NCBI GenBank assembly: GCA_965228735.1
Contig: OZ245838.1
Coordinates: 3,104,001 to 3,168,000 of the forward strand
Source of the DNA: Planctomycetota bacterium
GTDB taxonomy: Bacteria > Planctomycetota > UBA1135 > UBA2386
Reading direction: 5' to 3'
Length of the DNA stretch: 64,000 bases
Shown: positions 10,649 to 22,949 of the stretch, piece after piece
Numbering within the stretch: the first letter of the stretch is position 1
Layout: every line of letters begins with the position of its first letter
Position numbers and translations under genes: made by a program
Notes under the pieces: generated by a model
The model's database searches: none
What the model saw: only the letters and a program-made list of their open reading frames with translations
What the model was told of the DNA's origin: nothing

Positions 10649-11824
10649 ATGGCCCGACGCATCGACACCTACCTCGAGCAGCTGCTCCCCGACGACAAAC
10701 TCGCCTTCTACGAATCGGTCCGCGACTTCGGGGACGAGGAGATCGCGCCCCACCTGCTGCAATGGGAACGCGATCACCGCCTGGTGCCGGACGAGTGCAT
10801 CCAGGCGATGGGCCAGCTCGGGCTGTTCGGCCTGCCGATTCCCGAGGAATACGGCGGGCAGGGCGGCGACCACACGGACCTCGTGCTCATGGGCCTCGCG
10901 CTCGGCTACCACAGCCAGTCGGTCGCGATCACGCCCGGCGCGGCGATCTCGCTCGGCGCCAAGCCGGTGCTGCTCTGCGGCTCCGAGGAGCAGAAGCGCG
11001 AACACTTGCCGGCCCTGGCGCGCGGCGAGCGCATGTTCGTCTTCGGCCTGTCCGAGCCCGGGCGCGGCAGTGACGCGGCCAACCCCGAGGTCACCGCGGC
11101 CAAGCAGGGCGACAAGTGGGTCATCAACGGCGAGAAGTGCTGGTCGACCAACGCGGCGTGGGCGAGCCACGTCGTCGTGCACGCGCTGACCGACAAGGAC
11201 GCGCCCAACGGCAAGCGCTCGACCTGCTTCATCGTGCCGATGGATCAGCAGGGTGTCTTCTACCAGGAGATGCAGGGCAAGAAGGTGTGGGAGCAGAGCT
11301 CGACCGGGTCGATCATGTTCGACAACGTCGAGGTGCCGCACGACGCGATCCTCGGCAACGAGAACGAGGGCTTCAAGGTCATGGTGACCACGCTCAACGG
11401 CGGTCGCCTGTTCATCGCGGCGCTCGCGATGGCGTCGCTCGCGTTCGCGCTCGACAAGTGCCGCGTCTACGCCGAAGAACGTATCCAGTTCGACGAGAAG
11501 CCGATCGGCCGCTTCCAGCGCGTGCAGGACGTGATCGTCGACATGGACATCGCGCTCGAGCGCGGCATGACCTGGCTCATGCACTGCTGCGACCTCTACG
11601 CGCAGAACAAGCTGGCGCGCGAGCAGGCCGCCAAGGTCAAGGTCGACTGCAGCCGCTCGGCGAGTGAGCTCATCGCGCTCGGTATGGAGATCTGCGGCGG
11701 CGTGGCGTGCTTCGACGAGTTCGGCCTGATCCGGCACCACAACGATCTGTTCGTGACGCGCGTCGGCGAGGGCAGCAACTACGTGCTCAAGGACCTCATC
11801 GTCCGGCCGCTGCGGCAGGGCTGA
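10649..11824 (+). CDS. Acyl-CoA dehydrogenase
   Basis: FGLSEPGRGSD, INGEKCWSTN, RIQFDEKPIGRFQ and GEGSN motifs. Confidence 0.92.
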   Translation: MARRIDTYLEQLLPDDKLAFYESVRDFGDEEIAPHLLQWERDHRLVPDECIQAMGQLGLFGLPIPEEYGGQGGDHTDLVLMGLALGYHSQSVAITPGAAISLGAKPVLLCGSEEQKREHLPALARGERMFVFGLSEPGRGSDAANPEVTAAKQGDKWVINGEKCWSTNAAWASHVVVHALTDKDAPNGKRSTCFIVPMDQQGVFYQEMQGKKVWEQSSTGSIMFDNVEVPHDAILGNENEGFKVMVTTLNGGRLFIAALAMASLAFALDKCRVYAEERIQFDEKPIGRFQRVQDVIVDMDIALERGMTWLMHCCDLYAQNKLAREQAAKVKVDCSRSASELIALGMEICGGVACFDEFGLIRHHNDLFVTRVGEGSNYVLKDLIVRPLRQG

Positions 11825-11836
11825 CCCGGCGGGCTC

Positions 11837-12715
11837 GTGCTCGGCGGCATCGAAGCAGGCGGCACCAAGCTCGTCCTCGCGCTCGCCGAGTCGCCGACCC
11901 GCATCCTGCGCACGACGCACGTCCCGACGACCACGCCCGCGGCCGCACGAACGGCGATCCAGGTGTTCTTCGGCGACCCCGGCGGCCGGCCGCAGGCGAT
12001 CGGCGTCGGCACGTTCGGCCCGGTGCGGCTCGCCGCGGATCACCCGGAACGCGGGCAGATCGAGAACACGCCGAAGCCGGGATGGAGCGGGTTCGACTGG
12101 CGCGCCGTGCTCACGCCGATCGTCGGCGAACGCGCCGCGATCGACACCGACGTCGGCGCTGCCGCACTCGCGGAGGGTGCCCACGGCGCGGCGCGTGGCT
12201 GTCGTGACCTCGCCTACGTGACGGTCGGCACGGGCATCGGTGCCGGCATCGTGAGCGGCGGCCGGCTCGTGCACGGCGCCATGCATCCCGAGTTCGGCCA
12301 CGTGCGCGTGCGGCGAATCGCGGGCGATGCGTTCGCCGGGAGCTGCCCCGCGCACGGCGACTGCCTCGAAGGCCTCGCGAGCGGCACGGCGATCGCCCAG
12401 GCAACCGGTCGCCCGGCCGCGGACGTGCCGCTCACGGACCCGGCGTGGAACCGCGTCGCGAATGCCCTCGGCGAGGCGATGGCGCTGCTCACGCTCACGA
12501 CGATGCCGGAGCGCATCGTCCTCGGCGGCGGCGTGATGCAGCGCGGCGAAGCGTTGCTCGAACGGATCCGCCGCGCGACTGGCGACGCGCTCGGCGACTA
12601 CCTGCCCGACGGGCCGACGAACGACCTCGACACGTTCCTCGTGCTGCCCGGGCTCGGCGATCGTGCGGGCATCGTCGGTGCGCTCATGCTCGCGGAACGC
12701 GCGCTCACGAACTGA
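11837..12715 (+). CDS. ROK-family sugar kinase (fructokinase-like)
   Basis: GIEAGGTK, TPKPGW, YVTVGTGIG, HPEFGH and CPAHGDCLEGLASG zinc motif. Confidence 0.9.
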   Translation: MLGGIEAGGTKLVLALAESPTRILRTTHVPTTTPAAARTAIQVFFGDPGGRPQAIGVGTFGPVRLAADHPERGQIENTPKPGWSGFDWRAVLTPIVGERAAIDTDVGAAALAEGAHGAARGCRDLAYVTVGTGIGAGIVSGGRLVHGAMHPEFGHVRVRRIAGDAFAGSCPAHGDCLEGLASGTAIAQATGRPAADVPLTDPAWNRVANALGEAMALLTLTTMPERIVLGGGVMQRGEALLERIRRATGDALGDYLPDGPTNDLDTFLVLPGLGDRAGIVGALMLAERALTN

Positions 12716-12826
12716 GCAGCCGTTCGTAGATCCCGAGATCGGCGTCGGCGATGGCGGTGACCCGGTCGATCTCGGGGACTCCGCTCCAGGCCCTCTTCGA
12801 GAAGAGGCCGTCCTGACCAATCGACG

Positions 12827-14187
<1,361 letters not shown>

Positions 14188-14191
<4 letters not shown>

Positions 14192-15639
14192 GCGGGTGTC
14201 GCGGGCAGGTAGAACGTGAAGCAGGAGCCGCCCCCGGGCTGGCTCGCGACGGTGATCCAACCGCCGTGATCGCTCAGTATCCCATGCACGATGGATAGCC
14301 CGAGCCCAGTTCCCTGACCAACGTCTTTCGTGGTAAAGAACGGCTCGAACACGCGACCGACGTGCTCCTCTGCGATGCCGGCTCCCGTATCGCGCACGTC
14401 GACTCGTACGCATTTTGACGGCCGGCCCGCCGGCGCCTCGGGCGACGCCGCCTCCTCGCTGCGGACGTCGACGGTCACGGCCCCACCAGGCTTGCTCGCC
14501 TGAATCGCATTGATCACGAGGTTCGCCAGCACCTGCTGAAGGGCGGAGGGATCGCACTCGACCGCGAGGTCGCCGACGTGGCCCGACACTCTGACGTCGA
14601 CGCTGTGCTGCCTGGCCACGGAGGAGACCATCGCCGCGCTCTCGCGCGCGGCCTGCGCCAGGTTCACGCGCGAGCGCCGCCCCGTCCCACGACGCGCAAA
14701 CGCCAGCAGCTGCCGGATGATCCCGGCCATGCGATCCGCCTGAGCGCCGATGATCCTCGCACTCTCCCGGGCTCCCTCCGGCTCGAGCCGATTCTCCTCG
14801 ATCAGCGCGGCGCGCCCCCCGATGACGTTGAGCGGTGTGCCGAGTTCGTGCGCCACGCCGGACGCGAGCTGGCCGACCGTACGCAGACGGTCGGCGTGAC
14901 GAGACTCCTCGATCGCGGCGATCCTAGCCGCGCTCTCGGACTCGAGCCGGTCGCGCGCTTCGGCCAAGGCGTCACACATCTTGTTGAGACTGTCGCCGAG
15001 CTGGGTGAGCTCGTGGCCCCCGGCGATCACGATCGGCTCGGCGAGGTCACCGCCCGCGATACGCTCGACCTTGGTGATCAATCGGTCCAACGGTCGGCCG
15101 ACGATCCGAACCCCGACGACGAGGACCACCACCGCTGCGGCGCACAGCAGCGCCAGCAAGCGCAAGGCCGACCGGGTGTAGACCCGCCCCTCCCACGCCG
15201 ACAGCACGTCCGCAGCCTGCGAGACCTCGAGTCCACCACGCCGCGCGCCGTCGGTTTCCACCGCGTAGTAGCTCAGCAGCCGCGCCGGCCGGGCCAGTTC
15301 CACGAGTTCACCGCGCTCGAGGCTCACCGCCGCTGCGGCGGCACCTGCGAGCGGCGCGAGCGACGACCCGTCCGGCTCGTCGAACCAGATCCAGCGCACG
15401 TCGACGTAGTCCACGCCGGCGTTCGCGTCTTCGATCAGGTCGAGCGCACGGGTTCGCCCATCGGTCGACCAGACGTCGGAGAGCACCTCGGCGAGCACGT
15501 GGCCGAGGGACTTGGCGTCCTGCCGCATCGCCTCCCGCAGCAGCGCCCGCTCGTGGGCATAGACCAGGTAACCGTCGATCGCGACGAGGACGGCGAGCAG
15601 GCCCACGAACACGGCGACAAGGCGGGCGGTCAGCTTCAT
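14188..15639 (-). CDS. Membrane HAMP-domain sensor histidine kinase
   Basis: Two TMs; HAMP; AHELGTPLN H-box; NLVINA, DTGAG, FEPFFTTK and GTGLGL boxes. Confidence 0.93.
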
Positions 15640-15848
15640 GGCCCGAAGAACCTACCAAGCCCGTCGAGCGAGTCGCCCATGCGTCCGAGTCGCGATTATC
15701 GTGTACTTCGGCAGGTCGACCGTGCCGGCGAGTCTCTCGCGACTCGAGCGGCGCCAGCAGCACCGGGCAGACGCGGCCGGGCGATGGCCGGCTTGCGCCG
15801 GGCTTCGACGGAGCGCCCCGAATGCGACTCGACCGGCGCGGCGGGTGC

Positions 15849-15881
15849 GGGGCGTTCTGCCCCCTTGGGACATTCCGCCCC
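15849..15881. promoter_or_regulatory. Tandem putative enhancer (UAS) sites for the NtrC-type activator
   Basis: GGGGC-GTTCT-GCCCC (15849-15863, dyad) and GGGAC-ATTCC-GCCCC (15867-15881), about 125-155 bp upstream of a sigma54 promoter. Confidence 0.6.
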
Positions 15882-16005
15882 CGAAGTCGCAGAGGATCAA
15901 CCGCCCACCGCAGCTCGATCCAGCCGCGAATCGTGAGCCGATCGAGCCGACGCCCCCTTTGGTACGGCGGCCTCCCGCCGAGCCGACCGTCGCCGGCTCG
16001 CGACG

Positions 16006-16021
16006 TGGCACGGCACTTGCT
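16006..16021 (+). promoter_or_regulatory. Sigma54 (-24/-12) promoter
   Basis: TGGCACGGCACTTGCT matches the TGGCAC-N5-TTGCW consensus exactly (GG-N10-GC); divergent from the kinase/NtrC pair. Confidence 0.85.
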
Positions 16022-16358
16022 CCAGCCGGTCCCAGGTCAGCAATCACACCGAGACGAAACGACGATTCGAATGCGCAATGTTTCCGACAACGACGCCCCG
16101 CCATGCGACCGCCGGGCGTCATCAAGGCCGAGCAGCCTCACCGCAGGGGACGACCTCGAAGTGCACCGCTTGATCGCCAGCCAACCGGACCAGTGCGGCG
16201 ATGAGGTCGCCGAAGTCGACGCCGACGGGAAACGCCATCCGACTCGGCCGCCAAGGCCCGGTGCCACGAACCGCGACGACGCCGAGGACGCCGCCCGCGG
16301 GCACCGCGTCGCGACGCCCCACCTCCCAACCGATCCGCCCCGACGCGTCGAGTCTCCA

Positions 16359-16478
16359 ATGCAAACGGCCGAACCTTCGAACGAAACGGGCTACACGATC
16401 CTGCTGAAGGTCGTGCTGATCTTCCTCATCGCCCCGCTGGTGGCGGTCTTCCTGGTCCGCTGGCTCATCGGCGTGTGA
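16359..16478 (+). CDS. Small single-TM membrane protein (39 aa; an alternative in-frame ATG at 16071 gives 135 aa)
   Basis: MQTAEPSNETGYTILLKVVLIFLIAPLVAVFLVRWLIGV with GC3-rich codons; lies downstream of the sigma54 promoter. Confidence 0.55.
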   Translation: MQTAEPSNETGYTILLKVVLIFLIAPLVAVFLVRWLIGV

Positions 16479-16521
16479 CCGCCACCGCGCCGAACCGACT
16501 CCGCAAGACTCGCGCCGGCCC

Positions 16522-17364
16522 CTACGGATCGCGACGGGCCCAGTCTTCGAAGCCCGCGAGTTCATCCGTGTTGATCAGATCGACGCCGCACTCGCGCTGG
16601 ACCGCCCAGGCGGCCGGCGAATCGGGCGTGCCCCACAGGCGAACCAACCGACCCTGCTCGTGCGCCCGCAGCACGAAGCGCGCGAGCAGCGCCTTCTCGA
16701 GGTCGTCGAGCTCCGCGGTGTCGCCGTCGAACAACGCGGACCACGGTTCGCTGATCCACGGCACGAGGAACGGCGACACCTCGGACGCGAGATCCTCGGT
16801 GCGCCCGTCGATCGCGCAGAGCCGTTCGGGTTCGCGTTCGACGAGGTCGCGCGGTCGATCGCCCGACAGGATCACGGACACCGCGCCGCGGTCGACGCCG
16901 TCGTCGCGGTAGACCGAGAGCATGGCGCGATGCTCTGCGAGCGCACGCCGCAGCACGGGGTAGACCGCCGCCCCATCGGCCTTGATGTCGACGAGCAGAG
17001 TGAACGGCTCGCCGCCCGGATGCACCGCACCGCCGTTCTGCTGAACGCGGTCGGCGAGCGGCGCGAGATAGAGCTGCTGCAGCGTCCCGATTCCGACCTC
17101 GTCGAGGTCGTGCGCGACCTGCAGTTCGCCGTCCACGAGGAAGATGTCGACCTCGACGTTGTGGAAGCCGTGCGCGAGCGCGTCGAGCAGCGGCCGCGCG
17201 TGGCGGTAATCGTTGTGAGCGTGCCCCGGGTGCGCCGGCTCGGCGGCGCCGGCGGCCACGCTGCAGCCGCCGGCCATCGTCAGCGCCAGCGCCAGACCGA
17301 GCGACCCGGCCAGGGCCAGCCCGCGTGAGAGCTCCGCCGACAACTCCGTTGCACACCGCTTCAT
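16522..17364 (-). CDS. PI-PLC/glycerophosphodiester phosphodiesterase-like protein (Aim6-like), exported
   Basis: HAHNDY, VEVDIFL, LLVDIK, RLWGTPD and GVDLINTD motifs; hydrophobic N-terminus with possible lipobox AGGC. Confidence 0.8.
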   Translation of the reverse strand: MKRCATELSAELSRGLALAGSLGLALALTMAGGCSVAAGAAEPAHPGHAHNDYRHARPLLDALAHGFHNVEVDIFLVDGELQVAHDLDEVGIGTLQQLYLAPLADRVQQNGGAVHPGGEPFTLLVDIKADGAAVYPVLRRALAEHRAMLSVYRDDGVDRGAVSVILSGDRPRDLVEREPERLCAIDGRTEDLASEVSPFLVPWISEPWSALFDGDTAELDDLEKALLARFVLRAHEQGRLVRLWGTPDSPAAWAVQRECGVDLINTDELAGFEDWARRDP

Positions 17365-17521
17365 ACGGCCAGGAATATCCGCCCAAGTCGTTCTTTGACA
17401 GCGACCTGCAGCAACTTCGCGCCCCCCTCCCGGCACCACCCCGGAGCGGGGTCAATTGACGCGCACGCTTGACAGCCCGTTCCTGCGCGCCCTAACAAGT
17501 GAACGGAACCCCTCGGAACGA

Positions 17522-20245
17522 ATGGCGAGCAAGAAAGCTACAGGCACCCCGGTCGTGATCGTCGAGTCGCCCGCGAAGGCGCGCACGATCAGCAAGTTCC
17601 TCGGCTCCAAGTACCGTATCGAGGCGAGCATAGGTCACATCCGCGACCTGCCGAACGACGCCAGCGAGGTGCCCGCGAAGCTCAAGAAGGAGAAGTGGGC
17701 CAAGCTCGGCATCGACGTCGACGACGAGTTCAAGACGCTCTACGTGGTGCCGTCCGAGAAGAAGGACCACCTCAAGAAGCTCAAGAGCATGGTGAAGGAC
17801 GCGCCGCTGCTCTACCTCGCGACCGATGAAGACCGCGAGGGTGAGTCGATCTCCTGGCACCTCGTGCAGGAGCTCGCGCCGAAGTGCGACACGGTCCGGC
17901 TCGTCTTCCACGAGATCACCAAGACGGCGATCCAGGAGGCGCTCGACAACCCGCGCGAGATCGACATGAATCTCGTCGAGGCGCAGGAGACGCGGCGCAT
18001 CGTCGACCGCCTCTACGGCTACACGGTCTCGCCGCTGCTGTGGAAGAAGGTGCGACCGAAGCTGTCGGCCGGCCGCGTGCAGAGCGTCGCGGTGCGCCTC
18101 ATCGTCGAACGCGAACGCGAGCGCATGCGCTTCGTGCCCGCCGACTACTGGAGCCTGGCCGGCACGTTCATCGGCGCGCACGGCGACGAGACGCCGTTCG
18201 TGGCCAACCTCGAACGCCTCGGGGACGCCCGCATCGCGACGGGTCGCGACTTCGGTCAGGAGACCGGCAAGCTCACGGACAAGGCCGAGAAGGCCGGTGT
18301 GACGGTGCTGAACGGCGAGCGCGCGAACGCCCTCGCGGCGGAGCTCACGAGCGCGACCGCCAAGGTCCTCGACGTCGAGAAGAAGCCCTACACCGAACGC
18401 CCGTCGCCGCCGTTCACCACGTCGACGCTGCAGCAGGAGGCGGCGCGCAAGCTGCGCTACGCCGCGCAGCGCACGATGCGCGCGGCCCAGCGGCTCTACG
18501 AGAACGGCTTCATCACCTACATGCGCACGGACTCGACGACGCTGAGCCAGCAGGCGATCGCGGCCGCGCGCACGCTGATCGAGCGCGAGTTCGGCAAGGA
18601 GAACCTGCCCGACAAGCCGCGGAGCTACGCGACCAAGGTCAAGAACGCGCAGGAGGCGCACGAGGCGATCCGCCCCGCGGGCACCGAGTTCGTGCACCCG
18701 TCGGAGCTGCCGAAGAGCATGGGGCCGGACGAGCGCGCGCTCTACGACCTCGTCTGGAAGCGCACCGTCGCGTGCCAGATGAAGGACAGCACGGGCTTCC
18801 GCACCAAGATGACGCTCGGCATGGCGACGAAGGAGCAGGGCGAGGCCGTGTTCTCCGTCACGGGCAAGACCATCGAGTTCCCCGGCTATCGCCTCGCCTA
18901 CATCGAGGACACCGAGGACACGGAACAGGCGCTCGCCGACGCCGAACGCGTGCTGCCGAGCCTCGAGAAGGGGCAAACGGCGAACGGCAAGGAGTTCGAG
19001 CCGTCGGGTCACACGACGCAGCCGCCCGGTCGCATCACGGAAGCGGGGCTCATCAAGGAGCTCGAAGCCCGCGGCATCGGCCGCCCGTCGACCTACGCGG
19101 CGATCATCGAGACGATCGTGCGGCGGCAGTACGTGTTCAAGAAGGGCTCGGCGCTCGTGCCGACGTTCACCGCGTTCGCCGTCGTCGACCTGCTGGCCTC
19201 GCATCTCGGCTGGCTCGTGGACTACCAGTTCACGGCCAAGATGGAGAACGATCTCGACGAGATCAGCAACGGCCGCGCGAAGCGCCTCGACTACCTGCAG
19301 CACTTCTACCACGGCAACGGGCAACCGGGCCTGCAGGAGCGCGTGACCGGCGTCGAGGAGGAGATCGATCCGCGCAAGATCTGCTCGATCCCGCTCGGCA
19401 AGGGCGACGACGGCGAGATCGTCGAGGTGCGCGTCGGCCGTTACGGCCCGTTCTTGTCGTGGGGCGAGAAGCGCGTGAGCGTGCCCGACGAGATGGCGCC
19501 CGACGAGGTCACGCTGCAGGTCGCGATCGAGCTGCTCGAGAAGGGCGGCGAGGGGCCGAAGGTGCTCGGGCAGGATCCCGAGACCGGCCAGAACGTCTAC
19601 GCCAAGGTCGGCCGCTTCGGCCCCTACTTCCAGCTCGGCGACCCGAAGGAAGGCAGCAAGAAGAAGGCGGACAAGCCGAAGATGGCCTCGCTGCTGACCG
19701 GCATGGACATCGAGACCGTCACGCTCGACGAGGCGCTCGCCGTGCTCGCGCTGCCGCGCGAGGTCGGCGTGGAGGTCCATCCCGAGCACAAGGACGACGG
19801 CCCGCAACCGATCCTCGCGGCGAACGGGCGCTACGGCCCCTACCTCAAGTGGGGCACGGACACGCGCAGCATCCCCGAGGGCGACACGCCGCTCACGGTC
19901 ACCCTCGAACACGCGCTCAAGCTGTTCGCCGAACCCAAGAAGCGCGGCCGCCGCGCCGCGGCCAAGCCGCGCAAGGAGCTCGGCAAGAACCCCGAGACCG
20001 AGGCCGTCATCAAGCTGCACGACGGCCGCTACGGCCCCTACGTCACGGACGGCACGACCAACGCGTCCCTGCCGCAGGGCGAGGACCCGGACACGATCTC
20101 GCTCGAACGCGCCCTCGACCTGATCGCCGAGCGCGCCGCGAAGGGCGGCAAGAAGAAGAAGAAGGCCAAGAAGAAGGCCGCAAAGAAGAAGACGACGAAG
20201 AAGAAGGCGGTGAAGAAGGCCGCCAAGAAGTCGGACGAGGAGTAG
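17522..20245 (+). CDS. topA: DNA topoisomerase I with Toprim_C repeats and a Lys-rich tail
   Basis: IVESPAKA, ATDEDREGE, SAGRVQS, GFITYMRTDS (catalytic Tyr), AQEAHEAIRP, GIGRPSTY; four GR(Y/F)GP(Y/F) repeats. Confidence 0.97.
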   Translation: MASKKATGTPVVIVESPAKARTISKFLGSKYRIEASIGHIRDLPNDASEVPAKLKKEKWAKLGIDVDDEFKTLYVVPSEKKDHLKKLKSMVKDAPLLYLATDEDREGESISWHLVQELAPKCDTVRLVFHEITKTAIQEALDNPREIDMNLVEAQETRRIVDRLYGYTVSPLLWKKVRPKLSAGRVQSVAVRLIVERERERMRFVPADYWSLAGTFIGAHGDETPFVANLERLGDARIATGRDFGQETGKLTDKAEKAGVTVLNGERANALAAELTSATAKVLDVEKKPYTERPSPPFTTSTLQQEAARKLRYAAQRTMRAAQRLYENGFITYMRTDSTTLSQQAIAAARTLIEREFGKENLPDKPRSYATKVKNAQEAHEAIRPAGTEFVHPSELPKSMGPDERALYDLVWKRTVACQMKDSTGFRTKMTLGMATKEQGEAVFSVTGKTIEFPGYRLAYIEDTEDTEQALADAERVLPSLEKGQTANGKEFEPSGHTTQPPGRITEAGLIKELEARGIGRPSTYAAIIETIVRRQYVFKKGSALVPTFTAFAVVDLLASHLGWLVDYQFTAKMENDLDEISNGRAKRLDYLQHFYHGNGQPGLQERVTGVEEEIDPRKICSIPLGKGDDGEIVEVRVGRYGPFLSWGEKRVSVPDEMAPDEVTLQVAIELLEKGGEGPKVLGQDPETGQNVYAKVGRFGPYFQLGDPKEGSKKKADKPKMASLLTGMDIETVTLDEALAVLALPREVGVEVHPEHKDDGPQPILAANGRYGPYLKWGTDTRSIPEGDTPLTVTLEHALKLFAEPKKRGRRAAAKPRKELGKNPETEAVIKLHDGRYGPYVTDGTTNASLPQGEDPDTISLERALDLIAERAAKGGKKKKKAKKKAAKKKTTKKKAVKKAAKKSDEE

Positions 20246-20290
20246 CGGGGGCGGCAACGATGCGCTGACCGCGTATGACCCGAGGCATCC

Positions 20291-20806
20291 ATGAGTTCCG
20301 TTCCGGAAGCCATCTTGATCGCCGGGCCGAACGGCGCGGGCAAGACGACGTTCGTCCGAGAACTGCTCCACGTCCTCTATCCGGAATGCACTTTCCTAAA
20401 CGCCGACGAGATCCAGCGCGAAGCCCGCATTTTCCGCCACCCCGTCTCGGCAGGCCGTGAACTACTCCGGCGCCTCGATCAGCTCTTTCGCGACCGGGAG
20501 ACGTTCGCAGTCGAGACAACGCTCGCGACCCGCCTCTACCTCAAGAGAATCCGAGCGTGGTCGAAGGCCAGATACCGGACCACACTCCACTTCATCGAAC
20601 TCCCTTCGCCAGAAGACGCCATTTCACGAGTGGCGATGCGGGTTGCTGCAGGCGGGCACTCGATTCCCGACCACGACGTGCGGCGACGGTTCATACGCGG
20701 GCTCGAGTTGTTGCCGTCATACCGCTCCGCGGTAGATCGGTGGTATCATTGGCGAAGCGACGACCAAGGTCTGACCCTTGAGCAATCCAAAACCAACCGA
20801 TACTGA
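20291..20806 (+). CDS. Zeta-toxin-like P-loop ATPase (COG4185 type)
   Basis: IAGPNGAGKTT, FLNADEI, FAVETTLA and RVAMRVAAGGHSIP motifs. Confidence 0.85.
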   Translation: MSSVPEAILIAGPNGAGKTTFVRELLHVLYPECTFLNADEIQREARIFRHPVSAGRELLRRLDQLFRDRETFAVETTLATRLYLKRIRAWSKARYRTTLHFIELPSPEDAISRVAMRVAAGGHSIPDHDVRRRFIRGLELLPSYRSAVDRWYHWRSDDQGLTLEQSKTNRY

Positions 20807-20978
20807 CGAAGAAGCCGAGCTGAAGATTCTGCTCGAAGCCGCAAGGCGGGCGACGTGGAATGCGCTGCACGGCCCCAGACATCTTCGCAGCGGTCGATTC
20901 CGCCCGGAGAGCCCGGATCGCGAAGAAGAGCCGGCGGATCCAACACCGAGCGACAGCGCGCGAGATTCGCGCAAGTGA
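20778..20978 (+). CDS. Small hypothetical protein overlapping the ATPase 3' end
   Basis: 66 aa ORF (TTG start) with a helical EAELKILLEAARRA segment; the position is typical of partners of this ATPase family. Confidence 0.5.
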   Translation: MSNPKPTDTDEEAELKILLEAARRATWNALHGPRHLRSGRFRPESPDREEEPADPTPSDSARDSRK

Positions 20979-21027
20979 TGTGACGGTCCACTGACCGTCG
21001 TCTGTCGTATCGCGCTATCCTGACCCG

Positions 21028-21669
21028 GTGCTCGGACTCCGCGTGCCGGCCCTCGCCGGCCTCATCGAGCGGCGCGTGCTCGTCAACTACCGGGTCGACG
21101 CCGCGGTGTTGCGCCGCTCGCTCCCGGCGCCGTTCCGGCCGCACCTGGTCGACGGGTTCGGGATCGCCGGAGTCTGCCTCATTCGGCTCGCGCGCGTTCG
21201 GCCGCGATTCCTGCCCGCGTTCTTCGGGCTCGGCTCCGAGAACGCCGCGCATCGGGTCGCGGTCGAGTGGGACACCGAGACCGGCGTGCAGCGCGGCGTG
21301 TACGTGCCGCGCCGCGACACGTCGTCGTGGGTCAACGTCGCGGTCGGCGGATCGCTCTTCCCGGGAGAGCAGCATCGCGCCGTGTTCGAATCGACCGAGA
21401 CCGAGGCTGACGTGCAGATCAAGGTGCGGAGCACCGATGGCGCAACGCGAATCGAGGTCGCCGGCAGCGTCGCGCCGAGTCTGCCCGAAGGCTCCGTGTT
21501 CGAATCCACTGAGGCGGCATCGGCGTTCTTCGAGTGCGGCTCGCTCGGCTACTCCGCGACTGCCGACCCCGGGCGCTTCGACGGCCTCGAGCTCTGCAGC
21601 TCCAAGTGGCAGGTCGAACCCCTCGCGGCGCGCCACGAACCAATCGAGTTCGACCTCCGCAGGCAGTAG
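21028..21669 (+). CDS. DUF2071 (YqjF-like) protein, C-terminus apparently shortened
   Basis: IERRVLVNYRVD, GIAGVCLIRL, SENAAHRVAVEW, GVYVPRRDTSS and FPGEQH motifs. Confidence 0.8.
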   Translation: MLGLRVPALAGLIERRVLVNYRVDAAVLRRSLPAPFRPHLVDGFGIAGVCLIRLARVRPRFLPAFFGLGSENAAHRVAVEWDTETGVQRGVYVPRRDTSSWVNVAVGGSLFPGEQHRAVFESTETEADVQIKVRSTDGATRIEVAGSVAPSLPEGSVFESTEAASAFFECGSLGYSATADPGRFDGLELCSSKWQVEPLAARHEPIEFDLRRQ

Positions 21670-21679
21670 CGGAGGACCA

Positions 21680-21796
21680 GCGGCGGTACCGAACCCGCTT
21701 CGAATCCGCCACTGGCCACCGCCGGCAACGCGCGCCGCAGCAACCCGTTGCGACGGACCGTGGGTGGCGAATTCGAAGCGGGTTCGGTAGCGCCGC
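21680..21796. repeat. 33-bp imperfect inverted repeat (REP/MITE-like)
   Basis: GCGGCGGTACCGAACCCGCTTCGAATCCGCCAC (21680-21712) pairs with 21764-21796; 2 mismatches. Confidence 0.85.
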
Positions 21797-21832
21797 CCTT
21801 GCGTCCGGCGGGCTGGAGCCGATCATTAGCCG

Positions 21833-22790
<958 letters not shown>

Positions 22791-22798
<8 letters not shown>

Positions 22799-22834
22799 TC
22801 CGGCTTCCTCAGCTGATCCGGCTTCCTCAGCTGA
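22791..22834 (+). repeat. 18-bp tandem repeat (2.4 copies) starting at the nadA stop
   Basis: TCAGCTGATCCGGCTTCC twice, then TCAGCTGA. Confidence 0.9.
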
Positions 22835-22949
22835 CTCGGGCCCGGGCCGCGGCGCGGCCGAGGAGCGTCCAAGATCGCGACAGCACCGCCCGAACCGCGC
22901 GCGTTCAAGGGACTTCCCGGGCCGCGTCGATGGCTGCTGCCGAGGTTCC

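Noticed and set aside
12732..12810. Two hairpins between the convergent ROK and NtrC genes
   Set aside because: Short GC stems without U-tracts; plausible terminators but unremarkable.
17492..20371. Very long antisense and alternate-frame ORFs (e.g. 959 aa opposite topA, 1098 aa opposite the PSD1 gene, 733 aa opposite the cytochrome)
   Set aside because: Shadow ORFs expected from high-GC codon bias; Arg/Ala-rich with no motifs, and they overlap well-supported genes.
21690..21712. TTCGAATCC as a tRNA T-loop fragment or att site
   Set aside because: No cloverleaf; the sequence is explained as one arm of the inverted repeat.
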